The notes under the pieces are model-generated. The model was given only the letters and a program-made list of their open reading frames with translations. It ran no database searches and was not told the DNA's origin. A stretch of 62,660 nucleotides of DNA, counting the filler, from Sphacelaria rigidula (Eukaryota): assembly GCA_964200075.2 (NCBI GenBank). It is 8 parts of 8 records of this genome, joined end to end, with 100 filler letters (N's around TTAATTAATTAA, not from the genome) between each part and the next. Parts side by side here need not be neighbours in the genome. Positions count along the whole stretch, not along the records: positions 7,847 to 15,592 come from CAXNAA020013592.1; positions 15,693 to 23,438 come from CAXNAA020013593.1; 6 more parts are not named here. One strand, written 5' to 3'. Shown piece by piece: positions 12,728 through 23,538 of the stretch (its first letter is position 1; every line of letters starts with the position of its first letter). Both the position numbers and the translations under genes were made by a program.

Positions 12728-15540
12728 GTTGGTACAATCTCACAATCAGAAATAAACAATGACCGGTAATTCACCGCAGAAGTTTCCAACAATTTTATGT
12801 CAACAATTTTCTTTCGCTCGGTCAGGTTACACACATCACACACGTGAACCAACGGTGGCCACCGCGGATTCAACCATGTGGTGTGGGTTTCTTGGATGTG
12901 CTGACACTGCCTTGAAGGGTTCCAAGACAGTCAAATCCCGTGCACCGTTGCATGACTATCAATTGAGCAGTGACCAAACCCAACGTTTGAATCCCGGATT
13001 TGATCACCCCAGTTTTATATCCACCAGGTACTAATCATATTCAATCGAGCCCCCTTCCCTTGAAGGAGAGGAAGTCATGTAGTGCAGTTTTTAACGCACC
13101 CGGAGCCGAAATATCTTCTGGTACGGTAAACACTGCCGCTCCGACCGTTCATCGGAGAACAAAAAATTCAAAGCCACACACTCAAGCACCCCCCAACTGC
13201 TCAAGTGCCCGACTAACCACCCTACCGAGTTCCGCAAAAGCTACGGTACCCGGTTCTCTTTTATTTGATGAGCGTAATTATTCCTCGAGGGGTCGCTACC
13301 GCAAAGAACCCATGCTTTCCGTTGCTCAGCGGGTTGGAATGAAACCCCAAGTGACAGCGACTCAGGTGGTGCGCCAAAAGCGTGACCTAGATTCGACTGT
13401 CCGAGAATTTCAATAGCTCCTGGAGCCGCCGACCCTTTCGTGCGCTACACGCGTCATCCTAGGCGGGCTCCTCCAGATGATCATGTAGATAACCCTGATG
13501 TAGCAAGCGCACGTGAACTCCAAGGAGGAGATTGCGTGTGGACTCAGACAGATAAAAACCTGAGAGTGAAACAGGCTGGTACTCTCCAGATTTTGAACAC
13601 ATCGTTACTACTCCCTGACCACCCCTCGTGCACTGCGTTAGAACCCATTTCCGATAAAGCGTTGCCGTCTGTAGGGACAGAGACTTCGCCGACTCATGGA
13701 CGTTCGCATCCTAGTCATGAAGGCGCTTCAATCTCGTGTTCGTCACCAGGCAGACAAAGCGTTACGCAAGACGATTGGTCTCTTGACTCGCCCACGTTGG
13801 CCGCTTTAATAGACGCCGGGTTGAACAGTACAGCTTTAACAACCCCGCGTCCTGACGAATCGTCTCCAAAAACTCCCATGTTGGCCCTAAGTAGTGATGG
13901 TATTGAGTTGATCGGCGTATCAAACTCAACACCGCGTCCCGATGGATCGTCCCCTGTTCCGACTAAGCTGGATAATGTAATTGATCCCGCTTTGCACAAT
14001 GACGATTCACCCCCTCTGTTGGCCAATAAAGGTGAAACACCACGCACAGATCAGTTGTCGGGTCCAACCACGACCACTGCCCTTCCCCAGCATCGCGCCC
14101 CCGTCGCAGTATATGAGATTCAACCCTCTTCTGATGAGACAAATATTCCAGGCACAACACTGACACTCCATGCACGCACCATCCTTCCGACCAAAAGCTT
14201 GTCCCACAGGATCATCAACGGGTGTATTTAAGCACGTTCGTTCAAAATGCAAGGCAGGATGTGTCAGATGTCTTGCCCGATTTTTTGCCCGATTTCGGGC
14301 CCGATCTCGTTAGGGGTACTGCAACTATGGATGATGCTTCTTTTACGACCAAGATAGGTTTACATAGTGGAGCGCGTGCAAACTGTCATTCGATAGCTCT
14401 TGCACTACCAGACTCTGGTTCACCTCAAACGTTCAATCCCGCCAGCTGCTGGCAACAGATGATCAACGCGGGCGCGGCGGACGAGCATTGTCTGTCCACC
14501 GTGCACCCTCGTGTTTGTGGTAGGTTTGGTTCTTCCACATGTCTCACGGCCAATCAATCGGTAGGACTAAGTGTACAATTTTACCAGGATACTACTCCCA
14601 CTGCTCGGTTGTCCGTATAGACACTAATTGTGCCCGACGGTTCCATGTCTTTTGATGTTTTGTTGGGTCTAGATAGTTGGCTTCGTTTCTCCACACACAC
14701 GTACACGACGGACACACCTGTCCCGAACCGTCCAGTAACAGGCAAACTGTCACTGGATCACTTCGACACTGATTCGGAAGCTCATGCCTACGAGGATGAC
14801 CCCACGCAAACAGGTAATGCTTTCCGTCTGTACTATGTTGGTGAACCTGTAGTCAGTTGTTGGGTTATGCTCAAGCGCCTCTCATACGAACCACCCTGTC
14901 AGATGTGTGTCCCCCCGCGATCAACAACTCGCCGATCGACCCCCCGAAATCCACGGGCCCCCCTCCGCTACACATGCCTGACCCCTTGGTGGTGACAAAT
15001 CCACCAGGTGCGCCTGACCCTCAACCCCCAACTGCATTACTGGATAGGTTTTCTCCAGAACAACGCGCCAGTTTTCAAAGGTTGTGGGATAACATTCCCC
15101 CTCACTTACGGCATATTGTTTTTGATCTATCTGGCGATGGTTGGACATCCACTGTAATCGATAGATTGAGATCCATCTTGATTAGATACTCTGAACGGTT
15201 TTCTACTACACCTTTGGACTTAGGTCGATGTACCACGACACCGTTCAAGATCAAGATTCTTGGTGGCACTCCGCCCATCGCTATGCGTCCGTACCGTACG
15301 AACCCCCTCTTAGCGGATACGATCCAGGTATTTCTCGATGGTTACTCACCCTCCGCTTGAATTCGGCACTCGGCGTCTCCGTGGGCCTCGCCTTTAGTAG
15401 TCGTCCGTAAGAAGAATGGCAAAATTAGTCTGACGGTCAATTATCAACGATTGAACGCTGTCACCAAAATCGCACGGCTCCCATTTCCACGGATTGATGA
15501 AATTATTTACTGTCTTGGCGGGGGTGACACTTTCTACGAT
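12728..15540 (+). mobile_element. Degenerate Ty3/gypsy LTR retrotransposon internal region (protease plus RT N-terminus), truncated by the scaffold end
   Basis: Aspartic protease motif ALPDSGSPQTF (about 14402-14434) and FDVLLGLDSW. RT start reads DLGRCTTTPFKIKI..PIAMRPYR, then after a frameshift SPWASPLVVVRKKNGKISLTVNYQRLNAVT..PFPRIDEII. Contains stops and frameshifts. Confidence 0.9.
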
Positions 15541-15592
15541 AGCCCCCCCCCCAAAAGTGCATGGTTTTGGGAGGCAAAATCTTCTCGCAAAT

Positions 15593-15692
15593 NNNNNNNN
15601 NNNNNNNNNNNNNNNNNNNNNNNNNNNNNNNNNNNNTTAATTAATTAANNNNNNNNNNNNNNNNNNNNNNNNNNNNNNNNNNNNNNNNNNNN
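15593..15692. other. Artificial scaffold linker
   Basis: N44-TTAATTAATTAA-N44. Confidence 0.98.
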
Positions 15693-15870
15693 GTCCGGCG
15701 AAAACCCGGCGTGCTCCGTCCCGGCTTTGTAGGGATGCGGATCAATGGTCTGATGACTATGGCATGCATGATCATGAGTACACCCCCCTCCCCCTCGTGC
15801 TCCGTCTCGAAAGGGATCGTGGTCAATGGTCAAACGACTAAGGCAAGCAACACATGAGAACGCCCCCACC
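15693..15870 (-). repeat. Family B head followed directly by family A head
   Basis: Minus strand reads GTTCTCATGTGTTGCTTGCCTTAGTCGTTTGACC..GAGACGGAGCAC, then a G-rich tract, then GTACTCATGATCATGCATGCC..GGGACGGAGCAC. Confidence 0.8.
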
Positions 15871-16371
15871 CTCCTCGAGAAATTACACAATACCACATTT
15901 GTGTACTATTTTTTTTCATCCCAAAAAAAGCGCCAATTTATCACACGGTGACGAAAGATATCACACCACACACCCTGGGTTGAGTCGCATATAATCCACA
16001 GAGCCCCGGCTTATCACGCGGGTGTGATGACGTGTGACAACGCACACGAGCGCACGCAATTTGCGTGCCACAGCTGCGGAGACCGACGATATCAAGGGAA
16101 GGGATGCAAAACACAACCCTGCTGAAAGCTCCGCGCCCCAGACTGCAGTGTGCCAGACTCCAGCGGCGGCTCCGTGGTCCGTATATTCGTTTTTTCAAGT
16201 AGTTGCGGGGGAGGGTCTGTCCATCACATCCCATCATTATCATCACACCTCCTGTAGGGATATCCTCGTTGCGCCCTTTTACACACGGTCGACATTATTA
16301 CATCCCTGCATGTTTGGTCCTGTGGGTGCGCTTTATCACACCGGTGACAGAAGATATCACACCCCATACAC

Positions 16372-17700
16372 CAGGGCTGCATCTCGGACCGAGAGTAAAG
16401 TTCGACAGAATATCGAACCACAACCGCCGATACCGATATTTTTGTCGATATTCCGAAAATGACACGATACGTATCGGCTGTTTTGGTATGGCCGCAGTCA
16501 GTGTATAAGACCGAGCAGTACACTTGCACACTGACACCCTCACTCACTATTGTAGGTCGCTCAAGATACCACAACCCGTGCACAGATTTTCGAAGCTCAC
16601 TTACTCCTCAACAGAAGCGATGCCAGGGCTGAACTGGGCGGCCTTGCGACCATCTCGTCGAGGGAAAGTAATCAAGCTTTGAAAATCGCTCCTAAGGGTG
16701 TGGTATCTCAAGCTAACGGTAGTTTCCAGTGGACAGCAGCAAAAACATGATGTACAGCAGCGGATAGTGTGCAAATTGACATCATAGCAGCGGCGGCATG
16801 CGGTGATACAGCTGTCTTGCGAATATCTTTCGTCGCCGTGCAAGAGGTATTTGATCACAGCGGACCGGGTGTGGTATTGGTTATACTGTTTTCATTTCTA
16901 CGGTCACTATTCCGTGTGTTTGGATCGAATGAGCACATACCTCGACCCTGCACGTTCATTAGAAAATGAAAAGGTGTCAAATCTCGAACATGCAGAAACT
17001 CGAATGCGAGCTCTGTTTTTCAACGTTTTTCACTACCAATAACTGGAAACGTCGGCAGCATGCGTCAAGTTTTAATTTTTGGATGCCAAATGTATATATA
17101 TATATATACATTTGTATGTCACTAACCAAGAAGAAAAACCACTAAGCTTGCAACAATTAAAATGTCCAGACCAATGCATGGAGGGGGAAAAATATCCAAC
17201 ACTCGTCAAACATGAAGGAAAGGCGAAGCGACAGTACCATCTCCTCATACTCCGAAGGACAGCTGTTTTCTACTGTTATCTGCAGCTTTGCATTGATAAT
17301 GACCTCATATCTACTCCGCCACGCCACCCGTATGTTGCCGTTGGTGAACACCCCCGCTCAATCATATCACTAAACCCTAAAGCCCCGAGGCACCGCCGGT
17401 GTGTCGTGTGTGAAGGGGACCTTGTGGAGTGAGGGATGGGGGGGGCGGGGTTGCACATCAACTGGGGGTCTTCCGTTCGTGAAATTTCACCCCCCTGCGT
17501 TTCTCGTGACGACGGTTTCGAGAAATTGAGGTGATTTGACGAAAAATAAACAAAAATATCGGTATTATCAATATCCGATATTAATATTCGATATTGATAC
17601 GTATCACATATATCGGTTTTCTACGCTCCGATACTGATATGGCATATCGCCGATATTTATCGAATTCGCATCGATTATCGATATCCGATGTGCAACCCTT
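16372..17700. mobile_element. Non-autonomous hAT-like element
   Basis: TIRs CAGGGCTGCA / TGCAACCCTT, 8-bp TSD CCATACAC / CCTTACAC (7 of 8 match), and dense subterminal CGATA/TATCG motifs at both ends. Confidence 0.75.
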
Positions 17701-18779
17701 CCTTACACACCATACCAGTTTTTCACGGTTCGGACGAATCATCGCCGGTTCCAATCGCCAAATCCAAAAGAGGGGCAAAAGTCGACCGCTGGTCAAACAG
17801 GTCTCCACGCAACTTTTGCGCTATTCCACGTGCCTGGGCTTCGCGTACCTGGTTTGCAACGCTGAAAACAAAGCGTGAGGATTGACTCGTACCGTACGAA
17901 TCAATTACACTAAAATCAAGTAATTTCCGGATGAATCATGAATTTTTCCGACCCTTGGTATTTCCATGCTCGAAATGTCATCGCACGGGTGTGATATCCT
18001 TCCTATTCAACCCGCGGTATTTTTTACATTTAGGCATTTTGAAAAAATCGTACTCCTAGCACTCGAATCTCCGGTAGAGTGTGTTGAGATCGTACTCGGC
18101 AGTACCCAGATTTTGTGTAAAGTAATATGATTGTACCTAACTCCACCCAGAATTTGAGTAAAGCTTGGAGATTGGAGCAGCGCAACACAAAATTCGGAGG
18201 AGTAAATACCCCGAGTATTTGCCCTGCTTAGCAAACCGTTGGAATCTTCCCTTGGTGGGACAATCCGCCAAGCCCTGTATACAGTATTCCGGCTACAATC
18301 GGCGCTTGATCATGAGAAGGAGCTTTTTTTTATGGAGTTTTACTCTTCTTTTTTTCCCCGTTGCTCGAGAAGCGGCCTCTACGCCGTCTTGTCTTGTAGG
18401 TCCTTTTCTATACACACTCGTATTGACACATACTTTCCCTCTGTACGAAGAGTAAACTAGGTTGCGTTTACAGACAGGTCCTTGACCGTGATGTACGCTT
18501 GACTTATCTTCCATTGTTTTGGAAGAAGTGGAGTTCATGGGTCGATTTTTTTTTTTTCCTTCGTGTGCGCACCTCATCAGGTGGCCGGACACCCCCCAAA
18601 ATAGTCCATTGACCTGAGAATGAGGGGATCTAGAGAAACGTTCGTACACATTGCTTGATGGAAAAATTCATGCAATGTTACAAGCTGACATTACGTCTAT
18701 CATGCGACCACGGCTGGACCCGTGGGTGGTCAGTTGAAGTACGACGATCAAATCAAATCAAGAATCGGAACACTAATAT

Positions 18780-19010
18780 TAACCCTAACCCTAACCCCGA
18801 CCCAAGGCGCACGAGACCCTCGGGTGAGGAGGGTGCATAGATGCCTCTAGGCAACGTGTGCGTTGGCAGACCTCGAATCGACGCCGCAGGCGCCGATCTC
18901 GACACAAACACGTTCTGGACGAGCTGGGTCCACTGCTCACCTGCCCCAAACCATACATTTTCTCAGAACTTTCTTCAGTCTAAAATCGAGTAGTCATCCC
19001 TGTCAACCAT
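18780..19010 (+). repeat. Arm of the telomere-repeat-capped element
   Basis: TAACCCTAACCCTAACCCCGACCCAAGGCG..GACGAGCTGGGTCCACTGCTCACCTGCCCCAAACC matches 49850-50098 (minus) and 61290-61445 (minus). Confidence 0.75.
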
Positions 19011-19214
19011 TGTGTACGAACATCTCTTGGAAGTCTGCTGCTAAAAATGCGTGTGTTCTCGCCCTTTTATTCCAGGGGAAAATAAGAGAAGAAAAATGCA
19101 GGAGGCTTGGCGTGCAATGGCAGCAACTTCCCTTGTTGCGGGGGAATTCTCAGAAAGCAGAATAAAACAGTGAAATCCCGAATGGGGAATATTTCGCCCG
19201 AAACGCCCACACGA

Positions 19215-19584
19215 GTGTGTGTTGTGTGCGGTCATCCCATCTTTTCTGGACGCCTGCCTACACTTTTCGGTGTATGTGTGGACGCATCAGCCGGGGTCGC
19301 ACAAAAAACAGGCCAACACAGATTTTTTTTCTTGTTGTGTTTCAGTACTCCACCTTCCTTCTGCGGTGCTTGCCTTACTTTTTATTGCGAAATGGGTTCA
19401 GCAGTCCCTTTTCCTCGTCGACCGTGAAGCCGAATTTTGTGTATTTCATGCATGGGTCGCTCTCCTCTCTTGAGCTTTGTGTGAGAAAAAAGCCGAGATC
19501 GTGCGCCTGCACCCGAGATTCGAATTAACGACGCAACCGTCAGAATGTTTCGAGGTTACCAACTGAGCTACGGGGGCGACCGGC
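19215..19584 (-). mobile_element. tRNA-derived SINE
   Basis: Minus-strand head GCCGGTCGCCCCCGTAGCTCAGTTGGTAACC (A box) ... TTCGAATC (B box), a shared body CCGCAGAAGGAAGGTGGAGTAC and a (CA)n tail. Confidence 0.8.
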
Positions 19585-20009
19585 CCCGGTTGCACAAATA
19601 CATATCGTTTTCTCCTTTTTTTTTTCTCCCCGTCAGCATCCCCTGTACTTCACCTTTCTAATGAGCCCAACTACAGCATCCTCAAACCCTGTGGCTCGGG
19701 CGATATGCACGGCCTCACTGCCCCACGTGAACTTAGTTTACTCACGGGATAGAGGAAGCATACAGTTACGCATAAATACAGCCGCAAAGCTACAGAAGCA
19801 GCAGAAGAGACTACATGGGGAGAAAAAGCTCAAGACATGATGATACTCGTAAGTTCTAACCTGCAATACTGTACCCCTGTAGCCAGGCGTGAGGAGTTCG
19901 GATTTAACTCGCGAGGATATTTTGTACTAATTTCTCGATACTTGGGATCTCAACCGCAGTAATCCATTTATTCTTCATTACTATTATTTTTATTTTATTT
20001 TATTTTATT

Positions 20010-20250
20010 TTTCCGCACATGAGTCCTATCTCTCGAACTCGTGGTCATAGACGTAGGCTCATATATCCAATACCGTCCCTGCCATCCCTTACAAAACATG
20101 AAGTTCTCCATCATTCTTTCTAGACTCCAGCCTAATTACAAAAACAAACGCAATCAACTAAAATATTACCTAAATGATAATGAGAAGAGAAACGCCGAGA
20201 AAAACCTGACGAGTAGCTTCCACGAGTCCATAGCCTTGCACTATACTATC
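20010..20250 (-). repeat. SINE-like repeat (second copy about 39760-39990)
   Basis: CCGCACATGAGTCC..CTCGAAC(T/C)CGTGGTCA(T/C)AGACGTAGGCTC is shared between two scaffolds, with a B-box-like GTTCGAG on the minus strand. Confidence 0.65.
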
Positions 20251-22671
20251 TGCGTGTGCGATGTTGTGGGAAGCACGTCGCAGTACGTGTTGGAAGTAGT
20301 AAGGTAACTTTAATCCTTTTGGAACCGTTGATGGAAAAATGATTATTTATAATTCACGTTTTCTTGGGGCAAAATTTGGCTGTTCTTTTTGCAACTGTTG
20401 ATGATGCAGCCCACCAAAACGGTGTGCTAGTCTAAGTTCAAGTATTCCGATGTGACAGATTCGTGTACCGAACTCCAAGTGACGTTTTTCCGGTGACGAA
20501 ACATAGCATATGGGAGTTTGTACTGTTTTTCGCGAGTTCCGAAAGGGTTAATGAGGCCGTGCTTATTTCATCTGTTCGTTTTTGCGACGGTGATAGTGAT
20601 GGCGAAGGAAATAACATGGTGCAAAAAATGATGTGTTCCGATATGCCGTACACTTTTTGCAACAGCACGACGGGTGGATAGAGGTGTCCGACGTGGAAGG
20701 GATGCTGGGCAAGGATGGCAGCGGTACAGGCATCAACGATGTGGGCAGAGTGAAGGTCAAGACGTGCACCAAGAAGGTATAGTCATGAACAAGGTATAGA
20801 TACGAATAGGTATAGACACGGAAGAGTATACGATCCGATCAACCGAGGGCCAGATATGAAAGCATACCATCCGATTGAGTGAAGTGTGTACGGAGTATAT
20901 ATAATGAGTATGAAGGTATACAATTCGATCACCAAAATTGTATGAACATGGAGAGTACAAGATACGACCACTGAAAATGCGCAAGTATAACGGTACGCGA
21001 TTTGATAAAGACAAGAATAGGTCTTGCGGAAAAGAGTATGAGGGAGTTTACCGTCCAATTTACCGAACAGGTGGTGAGGAGAGTACGAGATCTATCGAAT
21101 CATCAAAACGTTACCTCACGTGGCGATGGCTTTTATGTTGCCGATTATCGCATACTTGTCGTCATCAAAGCTTCAGGTACTCATTCTCAAACCTCGAGCG
21201 AATAATATCTGAGGCTGTGTGAATTTCCAACAGCTTGTAAATCCCGTACGTTATTTGCAGATATCTTTTCTCCACCACGTGTTTCAGAAGCAGGCAAGGC
21301 ATTATAGGCGTTCTCGCCTTGGACGTCGGCTACACGCCTAGCCATTTTGAGGTCAACCGGAACAGCCCGAGTATTTTGTCATGATATTCGTGCCACATCG
21401 AAACCAGCGGGATGGTTGTTGGTGTTGGTGTTGTTGTTGTGGTTGTTGATGTTTCTCTCGTTACGATTCTCACATTAGCCCATTTCTAGAAATCTAGCGC
21501 CCGTGGTCACGCATCCATGGTACAAGGAAACAAGACGAAGACTAAATAAACAAGAATATCCCGCACGAACAGGGAGAGCAAAAACTGCGCGCGAGAGGTG
21601 GGTTGTTACAAACACGTCAGCGAAAACATGAAAGAAAAAAAAAAAGTACATGAGAACAAGAAACGTGTGAATTGGTAAGAGTGCCTCCATAACCCCAGTC
21701 ATTGCGCGCGGCGCACTCGGGGTTGTTGGCCATACAGTTGTAGGGGATAACCGACTTGTTGTGTTGCTATTTTCGCCGCTGTTCGTAGTGGTTGCGCTGG
21801 TAGGGGTCAAATGGTGGGACCGGCCTCAAGTTTATGGCGTCGTTTACACATCATTTATTTTTTGGCCGGCTGAAAGCCAGGCAGCCCAGTCATGCAGTCA
21901 GCCGCAAGCAGTACCGCTCTGCGCTGTGGGGTACCAAATCATACACCGGTCTTTATGGCACTCGAGACTCCCTACAGCACAACTGCTTCAAAGGGTTGTG
22001 GGACAATTAAATGGACCAAAAGCCCAAGTGTGGACGACCTTTTTTTTGGCACACGAAATCCCAGGAAGAGAAGAATATTGTATAATTGATACTGGGGGTC
22101 GAAAAGTTGGATATTTTTTATTGTGTCCCCAGTAGCATGGGACAGGCAAAATACCGCGTGAAACTGCGAGTGCCATCTACTGAGGCTGAACATCGCTGAA
22201 TAACCGATGTTGAAAATTACCGTACTGTACACCGGCCCCCATCGCACAAGAGACTCCCTACCGCGAACTGCTGTGCATTATACTGTAGGTGCGCAGCCTC
22301 CAGCAATGCTCCGCTTTTCATCTGCGCACGGGAGGGGGAGGTGAGGGGGTGATATCTTGATGCCCAGTGGTGACGAACCCGCGGGCGACTGACATGTCCG
22401 GCGCAACAATACAGCGGGGTAGAAATGATTCGACCTAGGCTGTCCGCGAAGTACGAGGCGATCGATTCCCGCGATACCGTCAGAGGCCGATTTATGCCAT
22501 GTGAAGGGTCGATCTGCCATGGGCAAAAGCCATCGTCTTAAGAGTACTCGAGTGTTGAGCATGATCCTCACACCACTCGAAGACATACGAATGTTCCTGG
22601 CGTTCCTTTTCTTTTTTCCCAACAGTAATTTTCCCCGTTTGGTTTCCTCCTCCTCTTCACCCAGGGAGGAA

Positions 22672-23187
22672 CGAGAAAACGATGACTATACTAGAAGAAA
22701 AATAGTGGCCACAGACGGCGAAACAGGACGGGGATATAATATGTGAAGGGTTTTTGTGCAATGTACAGAAGCAAAGTGATGAGCACCGGAATGTTGGAGG
22801 TGTATCTACTACTGTCTCGCAAGGGATGCGTAGTCAATGGTCGAACGACTAAGGCAAGCAGCAAATGAGTATGCCCCCCCACCCCTCCCCCTTGCTGGCT
22901 AGAGGGGGAAATGCGGGACGTGAACGAAGGTGGCGTGGAACCGTTTGATGCATTAGACAACAGTAGCGAGAAAACGGTGACTATACTAAAGGGAAGATGG
23001 TTGCCACGGACGGCGAAACAGGACGGGGATACTATATATGAAAGGTTTTGTGTAATGTATGGAAAATAACGTCATGAGCACCGGAGTGTTGGAGGTGTCT
23101 CTACTACCGTCTCGAAAGGGATGCGTAGTCAGTGGTCAAACGACTAAGGCGAGCAACAAATGAGTACGCCCCCCCACCCCTCCCCCC
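22672..23187 (-). repeat. Two tandem diverged copies of family B (22672-22890 and 22968-23187)
   Basis: Both copies read GAGAAAACG(A/G)TGACTATACTA..GACGGCGAAACAGGACGGG..GAGCACCGGA(A/G)TGTTGGAGGTGT..AACGACTAAGGC..AAATGAGTA(T/C)GCCCCCC. Confidence 0.85.
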
Positions 23188-23201
23188 GTTATATAGATCG
23201 G

Positions 23202-23292
23202 CGAACGGGGGAGGGGTGTACTCATGATCATGCATGCAATGGTCTTGAAACTGTGGCATGCATGATCATGAGTACACCCCTCCCCCGGTTCG
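23202..23292. repeat. Near-perfect hairpin formed by two inverted family A heads
   Basis: GGGGGAGGGGTGTACTCATGATCATGCATGC, an 18-nt loop, then GCATGCATGATCATGAGTACACCCCTCCCCC. Confidence 0.9.
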
Positions 23293-23438
23293 TCTTTCTT
23301 TTCTCGACTTTGATTCATTTACTGTTGCTGCTTGTGTTCCACGGGGGTAAATGAGCCTAGTGTATATTGCACGGTTAGGACAAATAATGATTCGTCAGGA
23401 AATTACTTGGTTTTAGTATCATGAGTTGACTCGTGATG

Positions 23439-23538
23439 NNNNNNNNNNNNNNNNNNNNNNNNNNNNNNNNNNNNNNNNNNNNTTAATTAATTAANNNNNN
23501 NNNNNNNNNNNNNNNNNNNNNNNNNNNNNNNNNNNNNN
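23439..23538. other. Artificial scaffold linker
   Basis: N44-TTAATTAATTAA-N44. Confidence 0.98.

Noticed and set aside
18780-18797. True telomere
   Set aside because: Only about three CCCTAA units, internal, and attached to a dispersed repeat arm.
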